From: a virus
UHGV virus genome: UHGV-0102871
Length of the DNA: 12,851 bases
Direction: 5' to 3' (one strand)
In this document: positions 6,175 through 12,851 of the stretch, one piece after another
Layout of the letters: every line of letters begins with the position of its first letter
Numbering within the stretch: position 1 is the first letter of the stretch
The notes under the pieces: model-generated
The model's database searches: none
What the model saw: the letters and a program-made list of their open reading frames with translations, nothing else
Told to the model about the DNA's origin: nothing
Made by a program: the position numbers and the translations under genes

Positions 6175-6717
6175 ATGCATTCACTTGCGTATCAACACAA
6201 TACCGGAATACACCCGGGAGCGATGATAAACCGCGCTCAAGCTAAAGCGACGCCGGACCACGAAAAGATCCGCGATGCGGTCCGTGCCTGGTCATCGGCG
6301 CTGGATAATCAGGACGTGGTGTCAGCGCTGATCATCAACGAATACCGGGAGCAGGGCGGGACCGCCATCAGCTTTCCGGACGACATCAGCCGGGCGCGCC
6401 AGAAGCTGTTCCGCTTCCTGGATAACCGCTTCGACTCTGAGCAGTACCGCGAGAACGTGCGCCAGCTGACGCCCGCAATCATGGCCGTTTTGCCGCTGGA
6501 GTATCGCCATCGACTTCTTCCAGAGGACAGTTTTATGTCCCGCTTAGCTCGACTTGAGAAAGAAACGAGCGAGGCGAAAGTGGCCGTTGCGATGAACGCC
6601 CCGCGTCACCAGAAGCTCAAGGAACTCAGTGAGGGGATTGTAGAGATGTTCCGTGTCGACCCGGATCTGACCGCGCCGCTGATGGCTATGGTCACTTCGA
6701 TGTTGGGGGTTATGTGA
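6175..6717 (+). CDS. YdaT-family protein (180 aa) in the cII-equivalent position
   Basis: AGGGAAAG Shine-Dalgarno upstream. Motifs IINEYREQGG... and TPAIMAVLPLEYRHRL resemble Rac prophage YdaT-family proteins as recalled. Follows the YdaS-like gene as in Rac. Confidence 0.6.
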   Translation: MHSLAYQHNTGIHPGAMINRAQAKATPDHEKIRDAVRAWSSALDNQDVVSALIINEYREQGGTAISFPDDISRARQKLFRFLDNRFDSEQYRENVRQLTPAIMAVLPLEYRHRLLPEDSFMSRLARLEKETSEAKVAVAMNAPRHQKLKELSEGIVEMFRVDPDLTAPLMAMVTSMLGVM

Positions 6718-6953
6718 TGGGAAGTTTCAAAAATGGCGAAAGCCAGTCTGCGCGAACAGAACTGGCCTTCAGATGCAAATCGTGTGCACTCATTGCAGGA
6801 GGAATAATGGCAAAAAATCCACGCTATTACCATACCTCTGTACATAAAAACATAACCCGCGACCGCTTCATCCGCTCGGTTAACCCGATTGTGGCAGAGA
6901 AGATGCGCGCCATCCTGGAAGAACTGAAACGTAAGGAGAGTGGCCGTGGGTAA
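6717..6953 (+). CDS. Small hypothetical protein (78 aa; possibly 48 aa from ATG 6807)
   Basis: ATG 6717 overlaps the YdaT-like stop (TGATG). An in-frame ATG at 6807 has a strong AGGAGG Shine-Dalgarno. The 3' end overlaps the start of the O-like gene. No recognised homology. Confidence 0.4.
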   Translation: MGSFKNGESQSARTELAFRCKSCALIAGGIMAKNPRYYHTSVHKNITRDRFIRSVNPIVAEKMRAILEELKRKESGRG

Positions 6954-7845
6954 CGTATCCAATTTAGCCGAAGCCAGAGAGGCCAGAAGGCTCCAGAAAC
7001 CGCGCACGAATGACGGTAAGGGGTTTGCCTTGCTGCACCGTAAAATTATGGATGTGCCGTTCTACAAGGACGCTGAGGCGGCTCATTTATGGGTTCACAT
7101 GCTCCTGCGTGCTAATCACGAACAGACACTGGTATCTACTGATGTTGGCGATGTGATCTGCGAGCGCGGAGAGTTCATCACCGGGCGAAACACACTGGCA
7201 ATGGAAACGGGTTTGACCGCTGATCGCGTTAAATCCCTTCTCCGTAAATTCCAGAATCTGGGCATGATCACCACCAAATCGAACAACCGTTTTACTGTTC
7301 TAAAAGTGGTCAAATATGACGAATATCAGTCAAATTTTTGTCCAGCAGATGTCCAGCCAGCGTCCAGCCCAAACATAGTCGTACCAATGCCTGCGGAGGT
7401 GGAGTGTCCAGCCGATGTCCAGCCAGTGTCCACAGATAACAATATATTAAATAACTTACTACCTAACGGTAGTAAGTATGTCGCAAATGACCAGAAACCC
7501 GCTGAAGAGAAAAAGTCTCGTTTGTCATGCGATGAAGTATGGCAATGCCTGAAAGACGAACTGCCTGAAGCACGGGGATGGAGATGCCTCACTGATGAGC
7601 GACGCAATCTGATCCGCACATTCTGGGGTAAGGCTAATAAGATTGCCCGCAACCTGGACGGCAAGCCGATGGATATGGACGGTTTCAGAAGCTATCTGCG
7701 TTACATCGCTCAGAACTGCCGCTGGATGCTTGAAGACCGACCAGACCAGAAGTCTGGGAAGACCTGGCGCCGCATGAAATTCGATAAGTTCCTGACCGAA
7801 AAGCTCTACATCGAAGTGCGCGAGGGGGATCGTGATGACCGCTGA
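6940..7845 (+). CDS. Replication initiator (lambda O-like, winged-helix N-domain) containing the candidate origin
   Basis: Directly upstream of and overlapping the DnaB-like helicase gene. Basic HTH-like N-terminus. Iterons and an AT-rich tract lie inside the coding sequence, as in lambda O. GTG start at 6940 or 6946 (AAGGAGA Shine-Dalgarno); exact start uncertain. Confidence 0.7.
   Translation: MAVGNVSNLAEAREARRLQKPRTNDGKGFALLHRKIMDVPFYKDAEAAHLWVHMLLRANHEQTLVSTDVGDVICERGEFITGRNTLAMETGLTADRVKSLLRKFQNLGMITTKSNNRFTVLKVVKYDEYQSNFCPADVQPASSPNIVVPMPAEVECPADVQPVSTDNNILNNLLPNGSKYVANDQKPAEEKKSRLSCDEVWQCLKDELPEARGWRCLTDERRNLIRTFWGKANKIARNLDGKPMDMDGFRSYLRYIAQNCRWMLEDRPDQKSGKTWRRMKFDKFLTEKLYIEVREGDRDDR
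7339..7435. repeat. Iteron array (GTCCAGC core; two ~31-bp units of three iterons at ~11-bp spacing) followed by an AT-rich tract 7437-7480: candidate replication origin
   Basis: GTCCAGC at 7340, 7351, 7362, 7406, 7417, plus degenerate GTCCACA at 7427. Unit 7339-7369 is near-identical to 7405-7435. Encodes the repeated peptide CPADVQPASSP / CPADVQPVSTD. Immediately followed by AATATATTAAATAACTTACTACCTAACGGTAGTAAGTAT. Confidence 0.6.
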
Positions 7846-9268
7846 TTTCATGGCTGTACCACAAAACCTCGAAGCAGAGCAGAGCGTTATCGGTGGCCTG
7901 CTGCTGGATGATGACAACAGCGAGCGAGTCCAGAAGGTTCTGGCGATGCTCAAGCCTGAATCGTTCTACAGCCGACCTCACCAGCTGATCTTTGCCGAGA
8001 TGCGCCAGATGTTCCGCGACAACAAGCCAGTCGATGGTCTGACATTGTTCGACGCGCTCGAAGGCAAAGGGCTCGCGGAGCAGGTAGGTGGCTTTGCTTA
8101 CCTGGCGGAGATCGCCAAGAACACTCCCAGCGCTGCAAACATCGTGGCATACGCTGCGTCAGTCCGGGAAGCCGCAATGGAGCGCTACGGTATCAGCCGC
8201 CTGACCGAAGCTACTGAGCTGCTGTATTCCCGCAATGGCATGAGCGCCACGCAGAAGTACGAGGCCATTCAGGGTATTTTCACCCAGCTCGCAGACCATT
8301 CAAAAACCGGTAGTCGCCGTGGGTTGCGGTCGTTCGGCGAGGTTATGGATGACTGGGTAGCAGATCTGGAGAAACGCTTTGCCCCTTCAGGCGAACAGCG
8401 CGGCATGAGCACCGGCATCCCGTCACTCGACCGGCTGCTGGCGCCGAAAGGTCTGGTTAAAGGCTCTCTGTTCGTGATTGGCGCAAGGCCAAAGATGGGC
8501 AAGACAACCCTGTACGGTCAGATGGCGATCAACTGCGCGGTTCGTGAGAAAAAGCCAGCGCTGATGTTCAGCCTCGAAATGCCGGGCGACCAGATCCTCG
8601 AAAAACTGGTTGGTCAGAAGTCTGGAGTTAACCCGAGCATTTTTTACATGCCAGCCACGGATGACGCCGATGACCAGTACCAGGGCGATTACGACGGCGA
8701 CTTTAAGAAGGCGATCGCCACCGCCGGGCGATTGAGTGAAATCGACATGCTGTACATCGACGATACTCCTGGCCTGTCACTGGCGCACATCGTTAGCGAA
8801 AGCCGCCGAATCAAGCGCGAGAAGGGCTGCGTAGGAATGATTTTGGTTGACTACCTGACTCTGATGACCGCCGAAAAAGCCGACCGTAATGACCTTGCCT
8901 ACGGGATGATCACCAAAGGGTTGAAGAACCTCGCTAAAGAGCTTGGCTGCGTCGTCGTGCTGCTGACCCAGCTCAACCGCGAACTGGAGAAGCGAGTGAA
9001 TAAACGCCCGTTACCGAGCGATTCCCGCGACACAGGACAGATTGAGCAGGACTGCGACTACTGGGTTGGTATCCACCGGGAAGGTGCTTTCGATGACAGC
9101 GTGCCGCCGGGAGAAACCGAGTTAATCCTGCGACTCAATCGCCACGGCAGTACCGGAACGGTTTATTGCAATCAGATCAACGGGGCAATTTACGACACAG
9201 ACCAGCAGGCCGCCGCCGCAGAACGCCGCGGGCGTGAGCAGCAGCCGAAAAAGAAAGGGGGATTCTGA
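7835..9268 (+). CDS. dnaB: Replicative DNA helicase, DnaB family (P22 gp12-like)
   Basis: DnaB N-terminal domain signature (LEAEQSVIGGLLLDD...) and Walker A motif GARPKMGKTTL. Length ~478 aa. Start overlaps the O-like gene's 3' end; start set at ATG 7835, with GTG 7832 also possible. Confidence 0.9.
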   Translation: MTADFMAVPQNLEAEQSVIGGLLLDDDNSERVQKVLAMLKPESFYSRPHQLIFAEMRQMFRDNKPVDGLTLFDALEGKGLAEQVGGFAYLAEIAKNTPSAANIVAYAASVREAAMERYGISRLTEATELLYSRNGMSATQKYEAIQGIFTQLADHSKTGSRRGLRSFGEVMDDWVADLEKRFAPSGEQRGMSTGIPSLDRLLAPKGLVKGSLFVIGARPKMGKTTLYGQMAINCAVREKKPALMFSLEMPGDQILEKLVGQKSGVNPSIFYMPATDDADDQYQGDYDGDFKKAIATAGRLSEIDMLYIDDTPGLSLAHIVSESRRIKREKGCVGMILVDYLTLMTAEKADRNDLAYGMITKGLKNLAKELGCVVVLLTQLNRELEKRVNKRPLPSDSRDTGQIEQDCDYWVGIHREGAFDDSVPPGETELILRLNRHGSTGTVYCNQINGAIYDTDQQAAAAERRGREQQPKKKGGF

Positions 9269-9612
9269 TGACCATAACAATCCGCGGGCAGATTCTTGCA
9301 GCCCTGCGTAACAACCCGGGCCTGAACAGTGCTCGTATTGCCAGCATGATCGGCATGACCACCAAAAAGATTTCCGGCCCGTTAAGTACGTTGTTTGCAG
9401 ACGGCCTGATCGAGTTCGAAGGCAAGCACGGACAGCGGCTTTATCGGCTGACCGATTACGGCATGAAATACGCACCAGAAACAATCCCGGCTATGCCGAA
9501 GGGAAATTCGAAGCTGGTGCAGCGTACAGAGGCAAACGTGATCTGCCAGGAGTGCCGCAACAGCGCGGCGATGAGAAGGGTATTGATGGTTTGGGGGAGG
9601 GTAGGGGTATGA
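9268..9612 (+). CDS. Hypothetical winged-helix DNA-binding protein (114 aa)
   Basis: ATG overlaps the helicase stop (TGATG). HTH-like segment SARIASMIGMTTKKISGPLSTL. Function unknown. Confidence 0.55.
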   Translation: MTITIRGQILAALRNNPGLNSARIASMIGMTTKKISGPLSTLFADGLIEFEGKHGQRLYRLTDYGMKYAPETIPAMPKGNSKLVQRTEANVICQECRNSAAMRRVLMVWGRVGV

Positions 9613-9806
9613 AAATCGAAGATATCAAAAACGTTGCGGTGTTCTTCAATATGAACGGCAAGACAGTAGCGTTACGAATGGATGCTGAGCAGAAGCGGAT
9701 CGTCGCATTAATGGCGCTTAACACGGCTGATGCTCGGGCAGAACTGATTGAAGTGCCGCACATGACTTTACCAGCAGACCCAGCCATGGAGGAGGCCGCC
9801 CAATGA
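9609..9806 (+). CDS. Small hypothetical protein (65 aa)
   Basis: Internal ATG 9609 overlaps the upstream stop (ATGA) and has a GGAGGG Shine-Dalgarno. The ORF-track ORF begins at 9552 but overlaps the upstream gene. Confidence 0.45.
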   Translation: MKIEDIKNVAVFFNMNGKTVALRMDAEQKRIVALMALNTADARAELIEVPHMTLPADPAMEEAAQ

Positions 9807-10090
9807 GCAACATCGACAAACAGGAGCTGCGCCTAACAGCAGAAAAGGCGAAAGATAACTTCATGCCGAACTTCATGGTACCAACTCGCGATTTACTGGC
9901 GCTGCTGGATGAGCTGGAAGCCGCAGAGAAGCGAATTGCTGAGCTGGAGGCGCTAGGGCGTTGCGTGAAGCAGTTCTCAGAGTTCCAGATTTGCCATTAC
10001 GGTGCCACTGAGGACTATGCGAAGGGCTATATCGACTGTCAGAACAATTACAACAAAGTGCTGTTCGCCGCAGCCGGTAAAGGAGAGTGA
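9803..10090 (+). CDS. Ea22-like family hypothetical protein (95 aa)
   Basis: ATGA coupling with the upstream gene and GGAGGAGG Shine-Dalgarno. N-terminal coiled-coil LLALLDELEAAEKRIAELEA is typical of ead/Ea22-like phage proteins (recalled). Confidence 0.55.
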   Translation: MSNIDKQELRLTAEKAKDNFMPNFMVPTRDLLALLDELEAAEKRIAELEALGRCVKQFSEFQICHYGATEDYAKGYIDCQNNYNKVLFAAAGKGE

Positions 10091-10092
10091 GC

Positions 10093-10380
10093 ATGTCAGT
10101 TGAACTCGAAGATAAACGCCGTAGTGGGCAGCGTATTCCCGGCCTCGGACTCGCTAATGGGACGTGGTTTGCAGTTCTGGATATTCCAGGCATGGGAAAG
10201 CTTATCAACAATCAGCATACCAATGACCCGCTTGATGTGACGCCAGCCAAAGCGAAAAAGATGGCAGAGATTGTCGAGGCATGGACACCACCGGATGGTT
10301 GGTCTGGCAGCGAGCAAGAAAAAATGAAGAGTTATATCGTCGAATTTCTTCGCGGTTGCAACGGTTTTAGGAGCTACTAA
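10093..10380 (+). CDS. Hypothetical phage protein (95 aa)
   Basis: ATG 10093 with AAGGAGAG Shine-Dalgarno ~7 nt upstream; the ORF-track ORF starts at GTG 10087. No recognised domain. Confidence 0.5.
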   Translation: MSVELEDKRRSGQRIPGLGLANGTWFAVLDIPGMGKLINNQHTNDPLDVTPAKAKKMAEIVEAWTPPDGWSGSEQEKMKSYIVEFLRGCNGFRSY

Positions 10381-10383
10381 CCC

Positions 10384-11022
10384 ATGACATTAACCAAAGA
10401 ATGGCTCCTGAAAACTATCGCGGAGCTTGAAGAAGAGCGCGCTGCTGTGCCCGGCGCTGTAAACGAAGATGCAGCACGGCCGCTGGCGGCGATGAAGTTG
10501 GCGCTGACATCGCTCGAAGCGGAGCCTGTGGCGTGTCCGAAATGCAATGATACTGGAATGGCTGATAGTGGAGGAGTTCAACCATGGGGGGAGCCAATAA
10601 GCGTCCCATGTGATTGCACCGCCCAGCCAGCGCTGGCAGTTGATGCTGATGATAATTTTTATTCATGGTTCGGTAGAGAATGGAATGATCATTATCAGCA
10701 AAACCAATACACCACGGCAGCTAAACAGATGCTTGGTGTTATGGCCGAATCTGCGTGGAAAGCTGGTCGGCGCGCCGCCATGCTTCAGGGTGCCGAACTT
10801 GTAAGTAATCGTGATGAGTTGCCGGATGGTTGGGTGGCTTGCAGTGAGCGGATGCCGGAGAAAACTGATGAAGTTTTGTGTGCCAAAGAATTCGATGGTC
10901 CAGGTGATTGGCGCCAAAAGGTTGGTTATTACTTAGCGGGGAAATGGACGGTGTATAGCGCATCATGGACGCCGACCCACTGGATGCCACTGCCAGCAGC
11001 ACCGCGGCAGGAGCTGAAGTGA
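10384..11022 (+). CDS. DUF551-domain phage protein with Ea22-like N-terminus (212 aa)
   Basis: N-terminal coiled-coil (WLLKTIAELEEERAA). C-terminal W-rich domain ending THWMPLPAAP, resembling DUF551 (recalled). Followed by an intrinsic terminator. Confidence 0.65.
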   Translation: MTLTKEWLLKTIAELEEERAAVPGAVNEDAARPLAAMKLALTSLEAEPVACPKCNDTGMADSGGVQPWGEPISVPCDCTAQPALAVDADDNFYSWFGREWNDHYQQNQYTTAAKQMLGVMAESAWKAGRRAAMLQGAELVSNRDELPDGWVACSERMPEKTDEVLCAKEFDGPGDWRQKVGYYLAGKWTVYSASWTPTHWMPLPAAPRQELK

Positions 11023-11058
11023 CGAACAAGATGACGAGAGTTACCATAGATATAAATC

Positions 11059-11083
11059 AAGGCCCTTAGGGGCCTTTTATTCT
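11059..11083 (+). terminator. Rho-independent terminator (AAGGCCC-TTAG-GGGCCTT + TTTTATTCT)
   Basis: Perfect 7-bp stem with 4-nt loop followed by a T-rich tract, 37 nt after the DUF551 gene stop. Confidence 0.65.
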
Positions 11084-11115
11084 ATGATAAACGGACTTTG
11101 TTTGAGAGTGACGCC

Positions 11116-11442
11116 ATGAAGTCCAAGAAGCTAAATGCTGAGCAGCAATACAAATTAGACCTTGAATTGGTCAAGAAGAAGCCTGCGAACCGGACCGAGG
11201 CAAAAGCCCATTTGGCCGCACAGTTACGAATCAGCAAGTACAAGACGCAGACCTCTTCCAAAATCCGCGTAGGCAGTTTTAAGGGGCGGAAGAAGGTACA
11301 TTTCAGTAAGGCGGAACAAGCAGCCAGGGCAGCACTAAATAAAGCAAATGCCATTAGATTTTCCGAAGGGGAGGTCGAGTCCGTCGATACGGATAGAATC
11401 TCAGAAAGTAACAAACGCTGGCGCGGGAGAACTGCTGACTAA
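11116..11442 (+). CDS. Highly basic Lys/Arg-rich hypothetical protein (108 aa); first gene of the accessory cassette
   Basis: ATG 11116 with weak GAGAG Shine-Dalgarno; the ORF track starts at TTG 11098. Very basic composition ([10 protein letters not shown]...[13 protein letters not shown]...[12 protein letters not shown]...[10 protein letters not shown]). No recognised family. Confidence 0.5.
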   Translation: MKSKKLNAEQQYKLDLELVKKKPANRTEAKAHLAAQLRISKYKTQTSSKIRVGSFKGRKKVHFSKAEQAARAALNKANAIRFSEGEVESVDTDRISESNKRWRGRTAD

Positions 11443-11696
11443 TGTCTGACTGGAATATTGCTGCAAAGCCGCAGGAAGAACGCGACAAGGTCAACGTTGA
11501 CCTGGCAGCCTCCGGCGTAGCCTACAAAGAGCGCCTGAACATGCCGGTTATCGCTGAGGTGGTGATGCGTGAGCAGCCCGAGCATTTGCGTGATTACTTC
11601 CTTGAGCGTCTGAAGTTTTATCGCGAGAAGTCGATAGATTTACCAAGGGCATCCGATCCGCGGTACATGGAAATGGCTGATTCTAATAAAAAATAA
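11442..11696 (+). CDS. Hypothetical protein (84 aa), translationally coupled to the basic protein
   Basis: TAATG stop/start overlap with the upstream gene. No recognised family. Confidence 0.5.
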   Translation: MSDWNIAAKPQEERDKVNVDLAASGVAYKERLNMPVIAEVVMREQPEHLRDYFLERLKFYREKSIDLPRASDPRYMEMADSNKK

Positions 11697-11747
11697 GCCC
11701 TAACGTGTTGATGACCTTATCAGACCTAAACAGGAGGTTTTTCTAAA

Positions 11748-12287
11748 GTGATTAATATCATTGTTGATTCCAATGCTTGGAATTTTTTACATGTGAGTGG
11801 GATCTCCTTAAGCAACGAGCTTCTTAGCGATTATAACTTTCAGATAACATTAGAGGTGTCTCGTGAATTGCAGGAGTTAGTAGGCAAGGAAGGGAAGGAA
11901 GCTCTTTATGAATTCTTTGTAAGTGAGACTCAGTCGCTTGAAGAGCCCTTATGCTATTTTGGTTTTTACAATGAGTCAGTGCCTGCTGATGAACAGCGGT
12001 TTGGTGGATTTGGTGTTGGCGGGTTCGCATCTGTTCATCAAGATGATTATTTTCAGAAAACATTCCGCCAAATAAAATCATCAAAGCGTGGTATTTATTA
12101 TGGCAATGAAGCTGACATGCTGATCGGGTCAAGAGGAATTGGGAACACTTTCATACTAACAGAAGATAATAATAAGTCAGGCCCGATGAAAGAGGCTGAG
12201 AACACTATCTTTGTTTCAAGAAAATTTCCTATGACTGTGGAGCAGTTTAAGGAATATCTTGATCTTGAAACCTCAAAAACTCTTTAG
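11748..12287 (+). CDS. AT-rich PIN-like domain protein (179 aa), putative nuclease
   Basis: GTG start with AGGAGG Shine-Dalgarno ~10 nt upstream. Markedly AT-rich versus neighbours (by eye). N-terminal MINIIVDSNAWNFL, acidic E36/E40, D99/D100, and C-terminal NEADMLIGSRGIGNTFILTEDNN fit the four-acidic-residue PIN pattern (hDTN ... DalIAA ... lvTxD). Confidence 0.55.
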   Translation: MINIIVDSNAWNFLHVSGISLSNELLSDYNFQITLEVSRELQELVGKEGKEALYEFFVSETQSLEEPLCYFGFYNESVPADEQRFGGFGVGGFASVHQDDYFQKTFRQIKSSKRGIYYGNEADMLIGSRGIGNTFILTEDNNKSGPMKEAENTIFVSRKFPMTVEQFKEYLDLETSKTL

Positions 12288-12363
12288 TTACTGCGCTTTG
12301 ATTTTTCATAATCACTCCGCCATAATCATGTCATCGGAGCCTGAACAACTCCGGTGACTTCTT

Positions 12364-12387
12364 CGCATTTAAGGGGACTTAAATGCG
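12364..12387. promoter_or_regulatory. Perfect 10-bp inverted repeat with 4-nt loop (CGCATTTAAG-GGGA-CTTAAATGCG) upstream of the NinB-like gene
   Basis: Seen directly in the sequence. Not followed by a T-tract, so more likely a protein-binding site or RNA hairpin than an intrinsic terminator. Confidence 0.3.
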
Positions 12388-12474
12388 ACCACAATCTGAA
12401 CTCATCGCCTTGTCACAGATGCAGACATGCACCTGCGATTTTCTGCATTCTGCGGTTTCCGTCAAGGAGGCCGT

Positions 12475-12851
12475 ATGATTATCCCCAAAGACGGCATCAA
12501 GCTACACCGTGGAAATCTTGGTGCTATCACTCAGCATCTGAAGCCACTTCTCGAAAACGGTGAGTGCTTCCGGCTCCAACTCAAAGACTGGCGCGAGAAG
12601 AGAAGCCTTTCACAAAATAGTCTGAGCCACGTTTGGTACAAGGAAATAAGCGACTACCTGATCAAGTCTGGGCGCACTGACGCAACGCCTGCATGGGTAA
12701 AGCGAAACCTCAAAAAAACTTATCTGGGTTATGAAGAGGTTGAGTACACCGATTTCGTCACCGGAATTAAGACGATTGAATTAGAACTCCGCCACACGTC
12801 CGATCTGGACCTGCCAGTTTGCCGAACAGCACAACGCGGTGCCATTCAGTC
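12475..12851 (+). CDS. ninB: NinB/Orf-family recombination protein (putative), 3'-truncated by the window end
   Basis: AAGGAGG Shine-Dalgarno 4 nt before ATG 12475. Manual translation MIIPKDGIKLHRGNLGAITQHLKPLLENGECFRLQLKDWREKRSLSQNSLSHVWYKEISDYL... carries the RSLSQN...W motif resembling lambda NinB (RSLDQNRKLW, recalled). Open to the end of the window. Confidence 0.5.
   Translation, partial: MIIPKDGIKLHRGNLGAITQHLKPLLENGECFRLQLKDWREKRSLSQNSLSHVWYKEISDYLIKSGRTDATPAWVKRNLKKTYLGYEEVEYTDFVTGIKTIELELRHTSDLDLPVCRTAQRGAIQ

Noticed and set aside
11824-12132. Minus-strand 102-aa ORF inside the PIN-like gene
   Set aside because: Antisense to a gene with a good Shine-Dalgarno and a recognisable domain pattern. 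An AT-rich region readily yields spurious antisense ORFs.
12354-12563. Plus-strand 69-aa ORF overlapping the NinB-like start
   Set aside because: Cys/Arg/His-rich low-complexity translation in a different frame from the Shine-Dalgarno-supported NinB-like ORF at 12475. Likely spurious.
1-12851. tRNA genes, CRISPR arrays, integrase or att sites, insertion-sequence ends
   Set aside because: No cloverleaf-like sequences, no regularly spaced short direct repeats, and no transposase or integrase-like ORFs were seen. The window appears to lie entirely inside the prophage early region.

Overview
This window reads as the early/immunity region of a lambdoid (lambda/Rac/P22-like) prophage from an enterobacterial host; all calls are from reading the sequence and ORF translations, with no database searches run. 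Left of the immunity region, a leftward (minus-strand) operon runs from an oL/pL-like operator cluster (~4970-5048) through a ~400-bp ORF-free leader, an AT-rich 222-aa orphan gene with its own terminator, two small coupled ORFs, a 323-aa coiled-coil protein, then a lambda Red-like gam-bet-exo module and two further coupled ORFs, ending in a perfect 44-bp inverted repeat at the window edge. The immunity region is a cI-like S24-peptidase repressor (5130-5807, minus) with its terminator, flanked by operator clusters sharing the half-site ATTTAGC/GCTAAAT. The rightward operon has a YdaS-like Cro, a YdaT-like protein, an O-like initiator with internal iterons plus an AT-rich tract (candidate origin), a DnaB-family helicase, several small Ea22/DUF551-type genes, a terminator, a low-GC three-gene cassette ending in a PIN-like protein, and the start of a NinB-like gene. 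No N-like antiterminator ORF, tRNA, CRISPR array, integrase or att site was seen. The most interesting candidates for undescribed function are the low-GC cassette at 11116-12287 and the orphan gene at 3885-4553.
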